The notes below the pieces were generated by a model. That model was not told the origin of the DNA, did not search any database, and saw nothing but the letters and a program-made list of their open reading frames with translations. From contig JADGOI010000001.1 of assembly GCA_017883075.1 (NCBI GenBank), positions 1 to 63,087 on the forward strand: a stretch of 63,087 nucleotides of DNA, given 5' to 3'. Position 1 is the first letter of the stretch; every line of letters starts with the position of its first letter. Shown in pieces: positions 20,478-29,860 of the stretch. This DNA comes from Acidimicrobiales bacterium. GTDB taxonomy: Bacteria > Actinomycetota > Acidimicrobiia > Acidimicrobiales > RAAP-2. The position numbers and the translations under genes were made by a program.

Positions 20478-21521
20478 TCAGCCCGGAAGGGCGATCTTCA
20501 GCGTTCCCCGGATCGAGTTCATGACTGCCTGGGACAGGACCTCCCCGCCGCCGAGGGTCAGATGGATCCCGTCGGGGGTACGGATGTTGACCTCGGATCC
20601 CGACCCGTTGGTGAGATAGGCGGTGTAGTTGCCTTGCCCGTCACCGAGCACGTTGCGCGAGCTCAGATAGGTGGCGCCCGCCGGGCGAGCCGCCGCCTCG
20701 GACTGCGCCAGTCCGTTCATCAGGTTCATCTCCGCATCGAGCTTCGAACCGGCCATGGGAGGCATGCCAACCCACAGCATGTGGGCCCCGGCCGCATGGG
20801 CGATATCCATGAACGCCCCCACCCGGGCCGAGTAGGCCGCGTTCCACCCGGCGGTGCCGTAGGCCACGGCCGTCCCGTTGACCACCAGGTTCTGGGGGTC
20901 GTTGGCACCCATCATCACCACCACCAGTTGGGGGTGGCGATTGGCCAGGTCAGCACGTAGCTCGGCCGGCCAATCGAAGTAGTCCGGTCGCGACAATCCG
21001 GTGTCGATCCTGCCATCCAAGGTGGCGGCCACCACACCCGTGCCGATCAGGTCGTTGGTCAGCGGTTGACCCAGGTCGATGCCGATCGAGTCCCCGATCA
21101 CCACCACCCGGAGAGGATTGGCCGCGGTCGGGTGCCGGGGAAGAGGCGGCAGGGTGGTTGGGGTGGGTGCCGTGCTGGCGGTCGGTGCGGTGAACGGGGT
21201 GGCGGTGAACGGGGCGGGAACCTTACCGTGACCCTTGCCCTTGCCCTCGCCCACCGGAATGATCGGGGGCGTGGCGATGGTCAAGGACGGACCGCCTCCG
21301 ACCGATCGGCCGAGCAGGTCGTCGGTCCAGCCCACAACATGAGCCAGTCCCAGCCCTCGGCTGACGGCGGCGACGGGGCCCACCAGGTCCAGCGACACCG
21401 TGCGGCGGGAGCCGAGCGGTGACGCCTGGGCCGATTTCTGGAGGCTCGGGGCATCAAGGAGCAACCACACCGCAAAACAGATGGCTCCGACCTTGAGGAC
21501 TCGGGTCCACGGAAGTTTCAT
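20478..21521 (-). CDS. SGNH/GDSL hydrolase (DUF459-like), probable O-acetyltransferase/esterase partner of the MBOAT
   Basis: N-terminal TM segment, a Pro/Thr/Ala-rich linker, then VVVIGDSIG (GDS block) and ...VVVMMGANDP.... The ATG at 21521 gives MKLPWTRVLKVGAICFAV. An alternative GTG at 21647 lies 1 nt after the MBOAT stop. Confidence 0.75.
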   Translation of the reverse strand: MKLPWTRVLKVGAICFAVWLLLDAPSLQKSAQASPLGSRRTVSLDLVGPVAAVSRGLGLAHVVGWTDDLLGRSVGGGPSLTIATPPIIPVGEGKGKGHGKVPAPFTATPFTAPTASTAPTPTTLPPLPRHPTAANPLRVVVIGDSIGIDLGQPLTNDLIGTGVVAATLDGRIDTGLSRPDYFDWPAELRADLANRHPQLVVVMMGANDPQNLVVNGTAVAYGTAGWNAAYSARVGAFMDIAHAAGAHMLWVGMPPMAGSKLDAEMNLMNGLAQSEAAARPAGATYLSSRNVLGDGQGNYTAYLTNGSGSEVNIRTPDGIHLTLGGGEVLSQAVMNSIRGTLKIALPG

Positions 21522-21648
21522 GGCGTCGGGAGCGGCGCATGGCTTCACCACCCCGGTGCCATGGGACTCGGTCGGGTCGGTCGGGTCGGATGTCGACAAC
21601 CCGGGCTCGGGCGGAGATGTCGACGGGGGGTCAGGGAGGGTGTTCACG

Positions 21649-23070
21649 TCAGAACCGGTAGTAGATGAACGGGGCGACGCCCTGGGGTCCCAACGTCGTG
21701 ACGGCCAGGAGCACCACGCCCAGTATGCCTCCCTGAACGGCCAGACGCCGCTCGGCAAAGGCGCTCCTTATCCGGTCGAACCATCCGTCTGGCACGTACT
21801 GGGTGCCGATGCCGGCGGCGATGGCCAGCACGGCCAAGGGGGTCACCAACGGGGACGTTCCCCAACCGTCGAAGAGCCGGCCCACCATCGACCAGGCGTC
21901 GGAGAACGATGTGGCTCGGAAGAACAACCACCCGATGCACACCAACTGGAACGTCACGAAACGGGAGAAGGCAACGCGTACCCGGCCACCGGGCTCGAGG
22001 GTGAGCCCGTGGGCCTTTCGCCACAGACGCCGTTGGCGGCCAATGATCTGTCCGACTCCGTGGAACAGGCCCCATCCGACAAACGTCCACGCCGCCCCAT
22101 GCCAGAGGCCCCCGAGAAGCATGGTGATGAGAATGTTGACCGAGATCTTCCACTCACGACCTCGGTTACCGCCTAACGGTATGTAGAGGTAGTCCCGCAG
22201 CCAGTTGGACAGCGTCATGTGCCATCTGCGCCAGAAATCCTGGAGGGAGACGGCAGAATAGGGGCGGTTGAAGTTCTGGGGAAAGCGGAATCCGAGCAGC
22301 AGGGCGACCCCGATGGCGATGTCGGTGTATCCACTGAAGTCGGCGTAGATCTGTACGGCGTAGCCCCACACCGCGAAGATGACCTCCAGCCCTGAGTGCT
22401 GATGCGGGGAGGCGAAGACCGGGTCGACCACGTAGGTGGCCAAATAGGAGGACAGGACCACCTTCTTGGCCAGTCCGGCACCGATCAACCAGAATGCTTC
22501 GGCGTGGTTGATGTGAGCCGGGTCGCGCTGTCGACGGATCTGGGGCAGTAGTTCCGTGCCCCGGACGATGGGGCCGGCAACCAGGTGGGGAAAAAACGAA
22601 AGGTAGACGGCCAGGTCCATGGGTCGGGCCGTCTTCAGTGTTCCCCGGTAGACGTCGACCACATAGCTGATGGCCATGAACGTGAAGAAAGATATGGCGA
22701 CGGGGAGGGACACGTTCAGGAGGGGCAATGGACGACCAAGTCCTATGAAGTGGAAGAGATTGTCAACATTGACGGTGAAGAAGACGTAGTACTTGAACCA
22801 CGCCAGCAGCCCGAGGAGCAGCGACAGGGTCACCCAGAGAGCCAACCGCTTGGCATTCCCCTCCAGCCGATCGCCTATGCCGGCGCCGGCATAGGCGATC
22901 ACCGTCGAGGCCGCCAGCAGAAAGACGAACCTCCAGTCAGCCCATGCGTAGAAGAAGCAACTGGCCGCCACCATGAAGATCTTCCATGGCCCCGAAAAGG
23001 GGTTCAGAAGCCAATTCACCGTGAACACCACAGCGAAGAAGATGGCGAAATCGATGGTGGGAAAGAGCAT
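21649..23070 (-). CDS. MBOAT family O-acyltransferase (AlgI/DltB/PatA-like)
   Basis: Polytopic membrane protein with the ...FWRRWHMTLSNWLRDYLYIPLGGNR... catalytic His block. I chose the start ATG at 23070 (MLFPTIDFAIFF). Confidence 0.88.
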   Translation of the reverse strand: MLFPTIDFAIFFAVVFTVNWLLNPFSGPWKIFMVAASCFFYAWADWRFVFLLAASTVIAYAGAGIGDRLEGNAKRLALWVTLSLLLGLLAWFKYYVFFTVNVDNLFHFIGLGRPLPLLNVSLPVAISFFTFMAISYVVDVYRGTLKTARPMDLAVYLSFFPHLVAGPIVRGTELLPQIRRQRDPAHINHAEAFWLIGAGLAKKVVLSSYLATYVVDPVFASPHQHSGLEVIFAVWGYAVQIYADFSGYTDIAIGVALLLGFRFPQNFNRPYSAVSLQDFWRRWHMTLSNWLRDYLYIPLGGNRGREWKISVNILITMLLGGLWHGAAWTFVGWGLFHGVGQIIGRQRRLWRKAHGLTLEPGGRVRVAFSRFVTFQLVCIGWLFFRATSFSDAWSMVGRLFDGWGTSPLVTPLAVLAIAAGIGTQYVPDGWFDRIRSAFAERRLAVQGGILGVVLLAVTTLGPQGVAPFIYYRF

Positions 23071-23172
23071 GGTTCCGTCGTTCGAAAGGTGCGGACGTTG
23101 GATGGCGCGACGAGGCGCCGCAAACTCTGGCGCCACCCGTCACCCTGCCAGTATGAGTTGATGTATCCCGCT

Positions 23173-23199
23173 GCCGCTCGGTAACGCCGCCGCTCGGTA
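23173..23199. repeat. Direct repeat GCCGCTCGGTA x2 (16-bp spacing) upstream of the MBOAT gene
   Basis: Exact 11-mers at 23173-23183 and 23189-23199 in the 174-bp etfA-MBOAT spacer. Possibly a regulator binding site; function unknown. Confidence 0.35.
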
Positions 23200-23244
23200 T
23201 CGGGAGATATGCAGGACGGGGTGACAACCCCATCTGTTGGTCGG

Positions 23245-24216
23245 TCAGCCCCGCGCCTTCAGCGCCTCGATGAGCTTGGGGAGGACCTTATGGACATCGC
23301 CAACGATGCCGAGGTCGGCAACGGAGAAGATCGGAGCATCCTGGTCCTTGTTGATGGCCACGATGTTCTTGGAGTTCTTCATGCCCACCAGGTGCTGGGT
23401 GGCCCCGGAGATCCCACAGGCCATGTACACCGTCGGCTTGACAGTCTTCCCGGTCTGCCCGACTTGGTGAGAGTAGGGAACCCACCCTGCATCGACGATG
23501 GCACGGCTGGCACCCGCTGCCCCTTTCAACAACGAGGCGAGTTCCTCGATGAGGGCATAGTTCTCTTTTTCCCCGAGGCCGCGTCCGCCGGAGACCACCA
23601 CACTGGCTTCGTCGAGCTTGGGACCGGTGCGCTCTTCCACATGACTGGCCACGATCTTGGCGCCGTCTGTGGGGCCGCTCTCGGTCGCGGCTGCCGCCAC
23701 GACCTCTGCCGGGCCGCCTCCGGACGTCTCGGCCGGGAACGACTTGGCCCGGATCACGAAGAGCCCCGGTCCATCGCCGACAAATCGGGCCGTGGCAATC
23801 TGGGCACCACCAAAGATGGCATGTTGGGTGGTGAGGCCACCATCGCCGGCGACCAGCCCGACCACGTTGGTGAGAACCGGCCTGTCGATCTTGGCGGAGA
23901 GACGCCCGGCAATGTCCCGACCGTCATAGGTGGCGGGAAACAGAATTGCATCGGGACCGTTGCCGGCCTCGATGGCGGCGGCGATAGCGCTGGCCACCGG
24001 CGCTCCCGGCAGCGAACCGCCAAGGTCGCCCACGTCATGAACCGTGGTGGCGCCGTACTCTCCGAGCGTTCCGGCAATAGCAGAGGTCCCTTCGCCATAG
24101 GCGACGGCCTCCACTGTCCCGGCGAGGGACTTGGCGTGGCTGATCAGCTCGAGGCTGGCGGTGATGGGCTTTCCGTCGGCCACTTCGGCCAGGACCCAGA
24201 TCTTGTCAATTGACAT
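23245..24216 (-). CDS. etfA: Electron transfer flavoprotein subunit alpha
   Basis: 323 aa. The C-terminal FAD-binding block is ...[28 protein letters not shown]...IVAINKD.... Confidence 0.92.
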   Translation of the reverse strand: MSIDKIWVLAEVADGKPITASLELISHAKSLAGTVEAVAYGEGTSAIAGTLGEYGATTVHDVGDLGGSLPGAPVASAIAAAIEAGNGPDAILFPATYDGRDIAGRLSAKIDRPVLTNVVGLVAGDGGLTTQHAIFGGAQIATARFVGDGPGLFVIRAKSFPAETSGGGPAEVVAAAATESGPTDGAKIVASHVEERTGPKLDEASVVVSGGRGLGEKENYALIEELASLLKGAAGASRAIVDAGWVPYSHQVGQTGKTVKPTVYMACGISGATQHLVGMKNSKNIVAINKDQDAPIFSVADLGIVGDVHKVLPKLIEALKARG

Positions 24217-24243
24217 AGTGCGTTCGTTCTCCCTACTCGGTCC

Positions 24244-25023
24244 CTACAGGACCTTCAGCTGCTCGAGGAACTGGATGACCCGCTGGTGGGCGTCACCTTC
24301 GTCGACGACTATCTCGCCCGATGCACGTTCCTCCGAGGCGGATACGTCGGTGATCTCCTGGCGGGCGCCGATGGCTCCCACCTGACCCGCATCGATGCCC
24401 AGATCGGCGATGGTCAAGGTTTCGACCGGCTTCGACTTGGCGGCCATGATCCCCTTGAACGACGGGTAGCGGGGCTCCACGACGCCGGCGGTAACGGTGA
24501 CCAGGGCCGGAAGCGGGCTCTCGACCTCGTCGTAGCCAGCCTCGGTCTGACGTTCGACCTTGAGCGAGCCGCCGTCGATTTCGACCTTCTTGGCGAAGGT
24601 TACCGATGGAAGACCCAGGATCTCGGCGATCTGGACCGGGGTCGTACCGGTATACCCGTCGGTGGACTCGGTGGCGGCCAGGATCAAGTCGGGCTCTGCC
24701 CGCTTGATGGCCGCGGCCAGGACCTTGGCAGTTCCCAGTGCGTCCGTGCCGGCCAGGCTGTCGTCACTGATCAAGATGGCCTTGGCGGCTCCCATGGCCA
24801 GTGCGGTCCGAAGCCCGGAGGTCTCACCGTTCGGGGTCATGGACACCAGGGTCACTTCACCCTCGCCCGCCTTGTCGACCAGCTGTAGCGCCATCTCGAC
24901 CCCGTAGGCGTCGGAGTCGTCGAGAATGAGCTTGCCTGCTCGGATCAGGTTGTTCGTCCCCGGATCGAGTGACGGCGGCGCGGCTGGATCGGGGATCTGT
25001 TTCACACAGACGACGACGTTCAT
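24244..25023 (-). CDS. etfB: Electron transfer flavoprotein subunit beta
   Basis: MNVVVCVKQIPDP... is the canonical EtfB N-terminus. The start is moved to the ATG at 25023. Confidence 0.92.
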   Translation of the reverse strand: MNVVVCVKQIPDPAAPPSLDPGTNNLIRAGKLILDDSDAYGVEMALQLVDKAGEGEVTLVSMTPNGETSGLRTALAMGAAKAILISDDSLAGTDALGTAKVLAAAIKRAEPDLILAATESTDGYTGTTPVQIAEILGLPSVTFAKKVEIDGGSLKVERQTEAGYDEVESPLPALVTVTAGVVEPRYPSFKGIMAAKSKPVETLTIADLGIDAGQVGAIGARQEITDVSASEERASGEIVVDEGDAHQRVIQFLEQLKVL

Positions 25024-25119
25024 GGCCGTGCATTGTTGACGAAAAACGCCTTCCACGCCCAATCGATCACGCGATCCCTGGTCAGAAGGTCGTCCTCCCG
25101 GTGATCTGGCCCGGGTCGG

Positions 25120-25824
25120 TCAGGTCACTCTGATGGTGGCCACGGCCAGAGGGACGTCGTCGGTGATGATGGCGTCGACGCCGCAGGTGGCCATGGCCAT
25201 CATGGATTCCGGGTCGTTGACCGTCCAGACGGCCACCTTCAGACCGGCAGCGTGGGTCTCCTCCACCAGGGCCACGGTTACCAGGGACTGGTGGAGATGC
25301 AGAGCTCGAACACCCATGTCCTGCGCCATCATCAGGCTTTGGGTCGGATCCGCCCAATCGGCCAACAACAACCCGGTGGCGAGCGCCGGATCAATGGCCA
25401 AGACGGCATCGAGCGACGGGGGCCAGAACGACGACACCACGACACCCTCTCCCAGGTCGGCCTCGGCTATGGCATTGGCCACCGCCTTGGCCGCCGTCTC
25501 GTCAGGGTCGTAGTTCGCCTCGGTGGGGAGGTTCTTCACCTCGACATTCACCGTCATGCCCGCGCACGCCCCGAAGGCTGCCGCCAGGAGGGGAACGTGG
25601 TCGGGGAGTTGGTGCACCTCCAGGTCAACCACCCTCCCGACCCCGGGGATATTCGGGTCGTGATGGATGACCAATGCGCCGTCAGCCGTGACACGGACGT
25701 CGAACTCGACACCATCAGCCCCCAGTCGCCGAGCATGGGCGAAGGCTTCGATGGTGTTCTCGGAAATCCCACCGGATGGGTCCGGGCTCCCCCGGTGGGC
25801 CTGAATGGCCACGTTCACACTCAC
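25120..25824 (-). CDS. Glycerophosphodiester phosphodiesterase
   Basis: ...QAHRGSP...ENTIEAFAHARRLGADGVEFDVRVTADGALVIHHD... is the GDPD motif. Confidence 0.88.
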   Translation of the reverse strand: MSVNVAIQAHRGSPDPSGGISENTIEAFAHARRLGADGVEFDVRVTADGALVIHHDPNIPGVGRVVDLEVHQLPDHVPLLAAAFGACAGMTVNVEVKNLPTEANYDPDETAAKAVANAIAEADLGEGVVVSSFWPPSLDAVLAIDPALATGLLLADWADPTQSLMMAQDMGVRALHLHQSLVTVALVEETHAAGLKVAVWTVNDPESMMAMATCGVDAIITDDVPLAVATIRVT

Positions 25825-25937
25825 ATTGATCCTCCCGAGTGCCCTCTGGCGCGAAAACCACCGACAAAGTGACGCTCAACCGGGCAAAACTGCTTGCAAC
25901 CATGCAACGCGGTGGTTATTCTAAAGGGGAACCCCAA

Positions 25938-26309
25938 ATGTCCGGCGACTTTTTCGCGCTGAGCCATGTGAAACGGATCACAATTGGGAATCTCGAAATC
26001 GGGACCGGAGGAAGCATCGTGGCCCTCGTGTGGAATCGGACTGTCGAATGGGACGAGGGGGACTGGCGCGACCTGGCTGCCTGTCGCAGCACCGAACCCG
26101 ACCTCTTCTTCCCGATCGGCACCACTGGTCTGGCGATCGACCAAATCGAAGCCGCCAAAAGAGTATGTCGGATCTGCGACGCTCAGGAACCGTGTCTCGA
26201 CTTCGCCCTGGCCACCAATCAGGAGTCCGGCGTATGGGGTGGCACTTCCGAAGAGGAGCGGCGAAAGCTCCGCAAGGCCTGGCTGGCATCGCGCCGGCGG
26301 GCTTCCTGA
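25938..26309 (+). CDS. whiB: WhiB family transcriptional regulator (WhiB1-like)
   Basis: C-x(n)-C-x2-C-x5-C cluster motif (...LAACRSTEPDLFFP...AKRVCRICDAQEPCLDFA...) plus GVWGG and a basic tail. Two plausible starts: ATG at 25938 (GGGGA 7 nt upstream, 123 aa) or GTG at 26019 (GGAGGA 6 nt upstream, 96 aa). Confidence 0.88.
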   Translation: MSGDFFALSHVKRITIGNLEIGTGGSIVALVWNRTVEWDEGDWRDLAACRSTEPDLFFPIGTTGLAIDQIEAAKRVCRICDAQEPCLDFALATNQESGVWGGTSEEERRKLRKAWLASRRRAS

Positions 26310-26409
26310 GCCTGATCTTTCGCTGCCGGGTGGCCGGACCGGGACCGGGACGCCGCACCTTTCCCATCCACTGATCCGATCTCATCGCCTCGATGCCCGA
26401 CGGGACGAA

Positions 26410-27963
26410 TTACGACCCGATGCGTTGGGCTTCGTGCACCGGCAGCTCGATCAACACCGCGGTTCCGGTCGACTCCGAGTTTTCTTCGTGCCGGTCACGC
26501 ATGACGATGGACCCATCCAACTGGGTCCTCACCAGGTCCCGGACGATCGAGAGTCCCAGGCTCATGGTGACGTCGAAATCGAACCCTTCCGGGAGTCCCG
26601 AGCCGTCATCGGCCACTTCGACGACCAGCCGGGTATCTTCCGCGGCCAGGTGAATGGATATATGACCGACCGGCTTGGGCGTACCTCGGGCGGTGCCGGG
26701 CCGGTCAGGCCTATCGGCGTCGTCCTGGTCGAACTCGATGAACGCGTGCTCGACAGCGTTCTGCAGTAGTTCGGCCAGAACCACTGCCAACGGAGTGGCG
26801 ACATCGGCGGGCACCTCCCCCAGCTCCCCGGTGACGCTGAACGTCACCTTGCCCGATGACACCACCGAGTCTTCGGCCATACGGATCACCGCGGTGACGA
26901 TTTCGTCGAACGGCACCTGGTCGCTCGGCTCCCGGGACAGGATTTCGTGGACGATGGCGATCGACTGGACCCGCCGTTCCGCTTCGAAGAGCGCCACCCG
27001 GCCGACGCCGGGTGGCAGTCGACGAGCCTGCAGCCGGAGGAGGGCGGAGATGGTCTGCAGATTGTTCTTGACCCGATGATGAACCTCGCGGATGGCCGCA
27101 TCTTTGGAAAGCAGCAGACGGTCGAGCCGGCGGACGTCGGTCACGTCACGTAGGAGAACCAGACAGCCGGTGACGTCGCCATGGGCCAACAGCGGGATGC
27201 AGTGCAACAAGACGATGACGTCAGGGCGGCGTTCCACCTCTTCGACCACCGGCAACGCAGAGGCCAGGGCCCATTCAATGGCCGACTCCTCCAACCCCAG
27301 GTCATAGAGGCGACGACCTTCGAGTTGGGAATACATCCCCATGCGATGCAACGCGTTGGTGGCGTTCGGCGAGGCATAGCGCACTCGGCCCTCTTCATCG
27401 ACCAGCACAATGCCGTCACCCACCCGTGGAGCCTCCTCAATGGCGACCTCTTCGCCGGGGAACGGAAACGTCGACTCCGACAACATCACGGCAAACCGGT
27501 CGAAGACATCGCGGTAGGTGCGCTCGAGATGGCCGGGACGGCGACCGGCACCGGCCACCAGCCTGGCCAATACCGCCACCAGGATTCCCTCGCACCGGAC
27601 GGGAATGCAATGGAGACGAACTGGCTCCTCGTCAGGCTCCAGCTGCATCTCTCCTCGCGCCACATCGCCTGACTGCCAGGAAGCCGCGACCACCGGCCAG
27701 TCGGCGGCGTTGACGGACTGGCCCACCAGGTCGTGCTGGACCACGGTGGCGCTGTTGGACGGGCGCATTTGGCCCAAAATGACCAGTACCTGATCTGTCG
27801 TCCGAAGCTGATAAGAAGGGAACGCCATCGGCGCCATCAGCACCAGGTCGGAGAAGGACAGATCGGCCAGGATCCCCCATGTCCCCATCAGCCTCCGGAT
27901 GTGGGCAAGCTGCACATCATTGAGATCAGTGCGCTCCAGGGCCAGCTCAGCTGGAGTGGCCAC
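26410..27963 (-). CDS. pdtaS: PdtaS-type sensor histidine kinase (GAF-PAS-HisKA_2-HATPase)
   Basis: Collinear with my recollection of M. tuberculosis PdtaS: ...WGILADLSFSDLVLM..., ...YASPNATNALHRMG..., ...LRDVTDVRRLDRLLLSKDAAIREVHHRVKNNLQTISALLRLQARR.... GTG start. Convergent with whiB, as for Rv3219/Rv3220c. Confidence 0.88.
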   Translation of the reverse strand: MATPAELALERTDLNDVQLAHIRRLMGTWGILADLSFSDLVLMAPMAFPSYQLRTTDQVLVILGQMRPSNSATVVQHDLVGQSVNAADWPVVAASWQSGDVARGEMQLEPDEEPVRLHCIPVRCEGILVAVLARLVAGAGRRPGHLERTYRDVFDRFAVMLSESTFPFPGEEVAIEEAPRVGDGIVLVDEEGRVRYASPNATNALHRMGMYSQLEGRRLYDLGLEESAIEWALASALPVVEEVERRPDVIVLLHCIPLLAHGDVTGCLVLLRDVTDVRRLDRLLLSKDAAIREVHHRVKNNLQTISALLRLQARRLPPGVGRVALFEAERRVQSIAIVHEILSREPSDQVPFDEIVTAVIRMAEDSVVSSGKVTFSVTGELGEVPADVATPLAVVLAELLQNAVEHAFIEFDQDDADRPDRPGTARGTPKPVGHISIHLAAEDTRLVVEVADDGSGLPEGFDFDVTMSLGLSIVRDLVRTQLDGSIVMRDRHEENSESTGTAVLIELPVHEAQRIGS

Positions 27964-27965
27964 CG

Positions 27966-28874
27966 TCAGGCTTCCGAGTCCAGAGACGTCAACTCAGCGC
28001 CCAGTGGCGAAATCGGCACCCTGTGAGGTCGGCGGTCTCGAAAACCCTGCAACTCGGTCACTCCGGCCGCCAACAGCAGCCCTCGCAGGTCCTCGGCCCG
28101 GTCGGCCACGTCGGGAAGAGAGTGTGCGTCGGAGGCAGTGGTCAACGGGACGCCCCGGGCAATGAAGCGTCGCAGCAGTGGGGGTGCCGGGTACTCCTCA
28201 CCAAACGGTTTACGCCATCCGGCCGACGACACCTCGGCGGCCATCCCCGAAACCACCGCCGCCTCTGCCATCCGATCGTAGAACTCGTCGGGAACCGCTG
28301 GGACCTTCCCGGCGATCTTCACCAGATCAGGATGGGCGAATACGTCACATACCCCCGAGGCTCCCAACTCCTCCATGGCCCGGGTGTACTCGTCCCATAC
28401 AGCATCGATGTCGCGGGCCCCCCATTCGGCCATCACCCACGGATCGTTCAGGACGTCGAACCTCCAGGTGCCCAACCAATGCACCGAACCGAGCAGGACA
28501 TCAAAGGGGTAGTCACGCAGAAGACTGGCCACCTCGTCCATCCGACCTTGGTAGTAGTCGACCTCGAGACCGAGGACGACAGGGTATCCCTCTGCCTTCA
28601 CCGCTTGGACGACTTCGACATAACTGTCCAGGTCCACCCGGGCGTGGTGGTCCCAGTAAGCCGCCATTCCTGGACGAAGCTCCTCCCCGGGTAGGTCGTC
28701 CCAGAAACCACCGAGCAGATCTTTGGCCTGGGTGAATCGGAACAAGTGCTCGGTCAGGGCGATTTCGGTGATGCCATGGGCCCGGGCGTGCTCACAGTAG
28801 GCCGCCACCTGTTCGATGGTTGCCTCGGCATCGCTCTGGGCATGCGGCCACAGATGGAGGTGGTAGTCAAGCAC
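27966..28874 (-). CDS. PHP-family histidinol-phosphatase-like hydrolase (HisK/HisJ type)
   Basis: MLDYHLHLWPH...TEHL...GSVHWL...FAHPD... are PHP metal-ligand motifs. GTG start 3 nt after the methyltransferase stop. Its own stop is 2 nt before the pdtaS start. Confidence 0.8.
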   Translation of the reverse strand: MLDYHLHLWPHAQSDAEATIEQVAAYCEHARAHGITEIALTEHLFRFTQAKDLLGGFWDDLPGEELRPGMAAYWDHHARVDLDSYVEVVQAVKAEGYPVVLGLEVDYYQGRMDEVASLLRDYPFDVLLGSVHWLGTWRFDVLNDPWVMAEWGARDIDAVWDEYTRAMEELGASGVCDVFAHPDLVKIAGKVPAVPDEFYDRMAEAAVVSGMAAEVSSAGWRKPFGEEYPAPPLLRRFIARGVPLTTASDAHSLPDVADRAEDLRGLLLAAGVTELQGFRDRRPHRVPISPLGAELTSLDSEA

Positions 28875-28877
28875 CGA

Positions 28878-29522
28878 TCACCCCGCACGCCGGATCATCG
28901 TCACTCCATCACGCACGGTGGTCTGGACAGCCACCACCCGTGGATCGGTGGCGACCTTGTCGTTGAATGCCCGCAGCGCCAGCGTGTCCGCCGACGTATC
29001 GGTGGGATCGAGGATGCGACCGCTCCAGAGAGTGTTGTCCGCCACGATCAACCCCCGCGGCGAAAGCTTGGCCAGGACTGCCTCGAAGTAGGCGAGGTAA
29101 CCGGATTTGTCAGCGTCTATGAAGACCAGGTCGAACGGGCCGGGCAACGATGCGAGGGTGTCGAGGGCAGGGCCCACCATCACCTCGATCCGGTCGGCAT
29201 AAGGGCTGGCGGCAATGTGCCGTCGGGCGATCCCGGCATGCACGGGATCGATCTCACAGGTCACGATTGATCCTCCCGGCACCAGTCCCGCGGCCATCGC
29301 CAGTGCCGAGTAGCCGCTGAAGGTACCGATTTCGAGAATCGAAACGGCCCCGGTCCCGAACACCAACAGTTCGAGGAAGCGCCCCTCTATGCGCCCGACC
29401 ATCATTCCGGGAGCGTTCAGGGTGGCGCGTGTCTCGGAGGCGACGGCTTCGAGCAGGTCCGGCGGGGCGGTGGTGTGGGCTTCGGCATACGCCTCGATGG
29501 CCGGATCAACTATGTCGGTCAT
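28878..29522 (-). CDS. Class I SAM-dependent O-methyltransferase (caffeoyl-CoA OMT-like)
   Basis: ...ILEIGTFSGYSALAMA...VFIDADKSGYLAYFE...ADNTLWSG.... I chose the start ATG at 29522 (MTDIVDP). The upstream 85 codons of the track ORF have low third-position G+C. Confidence 0.85.
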   Translation of the reverse strand: MTDIVDPAIEAYAEAHTTAPPDLLEAVASETRATLNAPGMMVGRIEGRFLELLVFGTGAVSILEIGTFSGYSALAMAAGLVPGGSIVTCEIDPVHAGIARRHIAASPYADRIEVMVGPALDTLASLPGPFDLVFIDADKSGYLAYFEAVLAKLSPRGLIVADNTLWSGRILDPTDTSADTLALRAFNDKVATDPRVVAVQTTVRDGVTMIRRAG

Positions 29523-29785
29523 GTATGCATCGTAAAGCAGGCGGCGTAAGCCGAATTCGCAGCCGAACACTTCACGGGAAGAGGGCGGGGATCCGACCCG
29601 CTCCCCGTGCCGAAATGCCCCCTCGCACGTATGGGCCCTTCCTGCTCGTGTCCAACCTCGATCGACCTCGTAGGCCATGGCACCTGCCACTACCTTGATC
29701 GGATTCTGACTTGCGATCGCAGACCCGAAGGTCTGTGCGGCATCGGTCTCTCGTCCGGGTAGAGGGACCATCCACACGTAGCACA

Positions 29786-29809
29786 GGCACGGGGACCGGC
29801 ACGGGGACC
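29786..29809. repeat. Perfect tandem 12-mer GGCACGGGGACC x2 in a long intergenic region
   Basis: Read directly: 29786-29797 and 29798-29809 are identical. Confidence 0.8.
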
Positions 29810-29860
29810 TGGTGCATCACCGGGACAGGGCCAGAGAGAAGGCGGGTCGAGCTGGGGAGG

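Noticed and set aside
25880-25937. Looked for a CRP-type TGTGA-N6-TCACA site upstream of whiB, as reported for mycobacterial whiB1.
   Set aside because: Only a half-site-like GTGA and an unrelated small palindrome, TTGCA-acca-TGCAA, are present. I see no convincing full CRP box.
29786-29860. G-rich plus strand (GGGG...GGGG...GGG...GGG) as a G-quadruplex, or the C-rich minus strand as a 6C-type sRNA.
   Set aside because: The loop lengths (8, 15 and 3 nt) exceed the canonical G4 definition. I cannot place the two C-rich hairpin loops that define 6C RNA. The region is kept only as a generic structured spacer in the findings.
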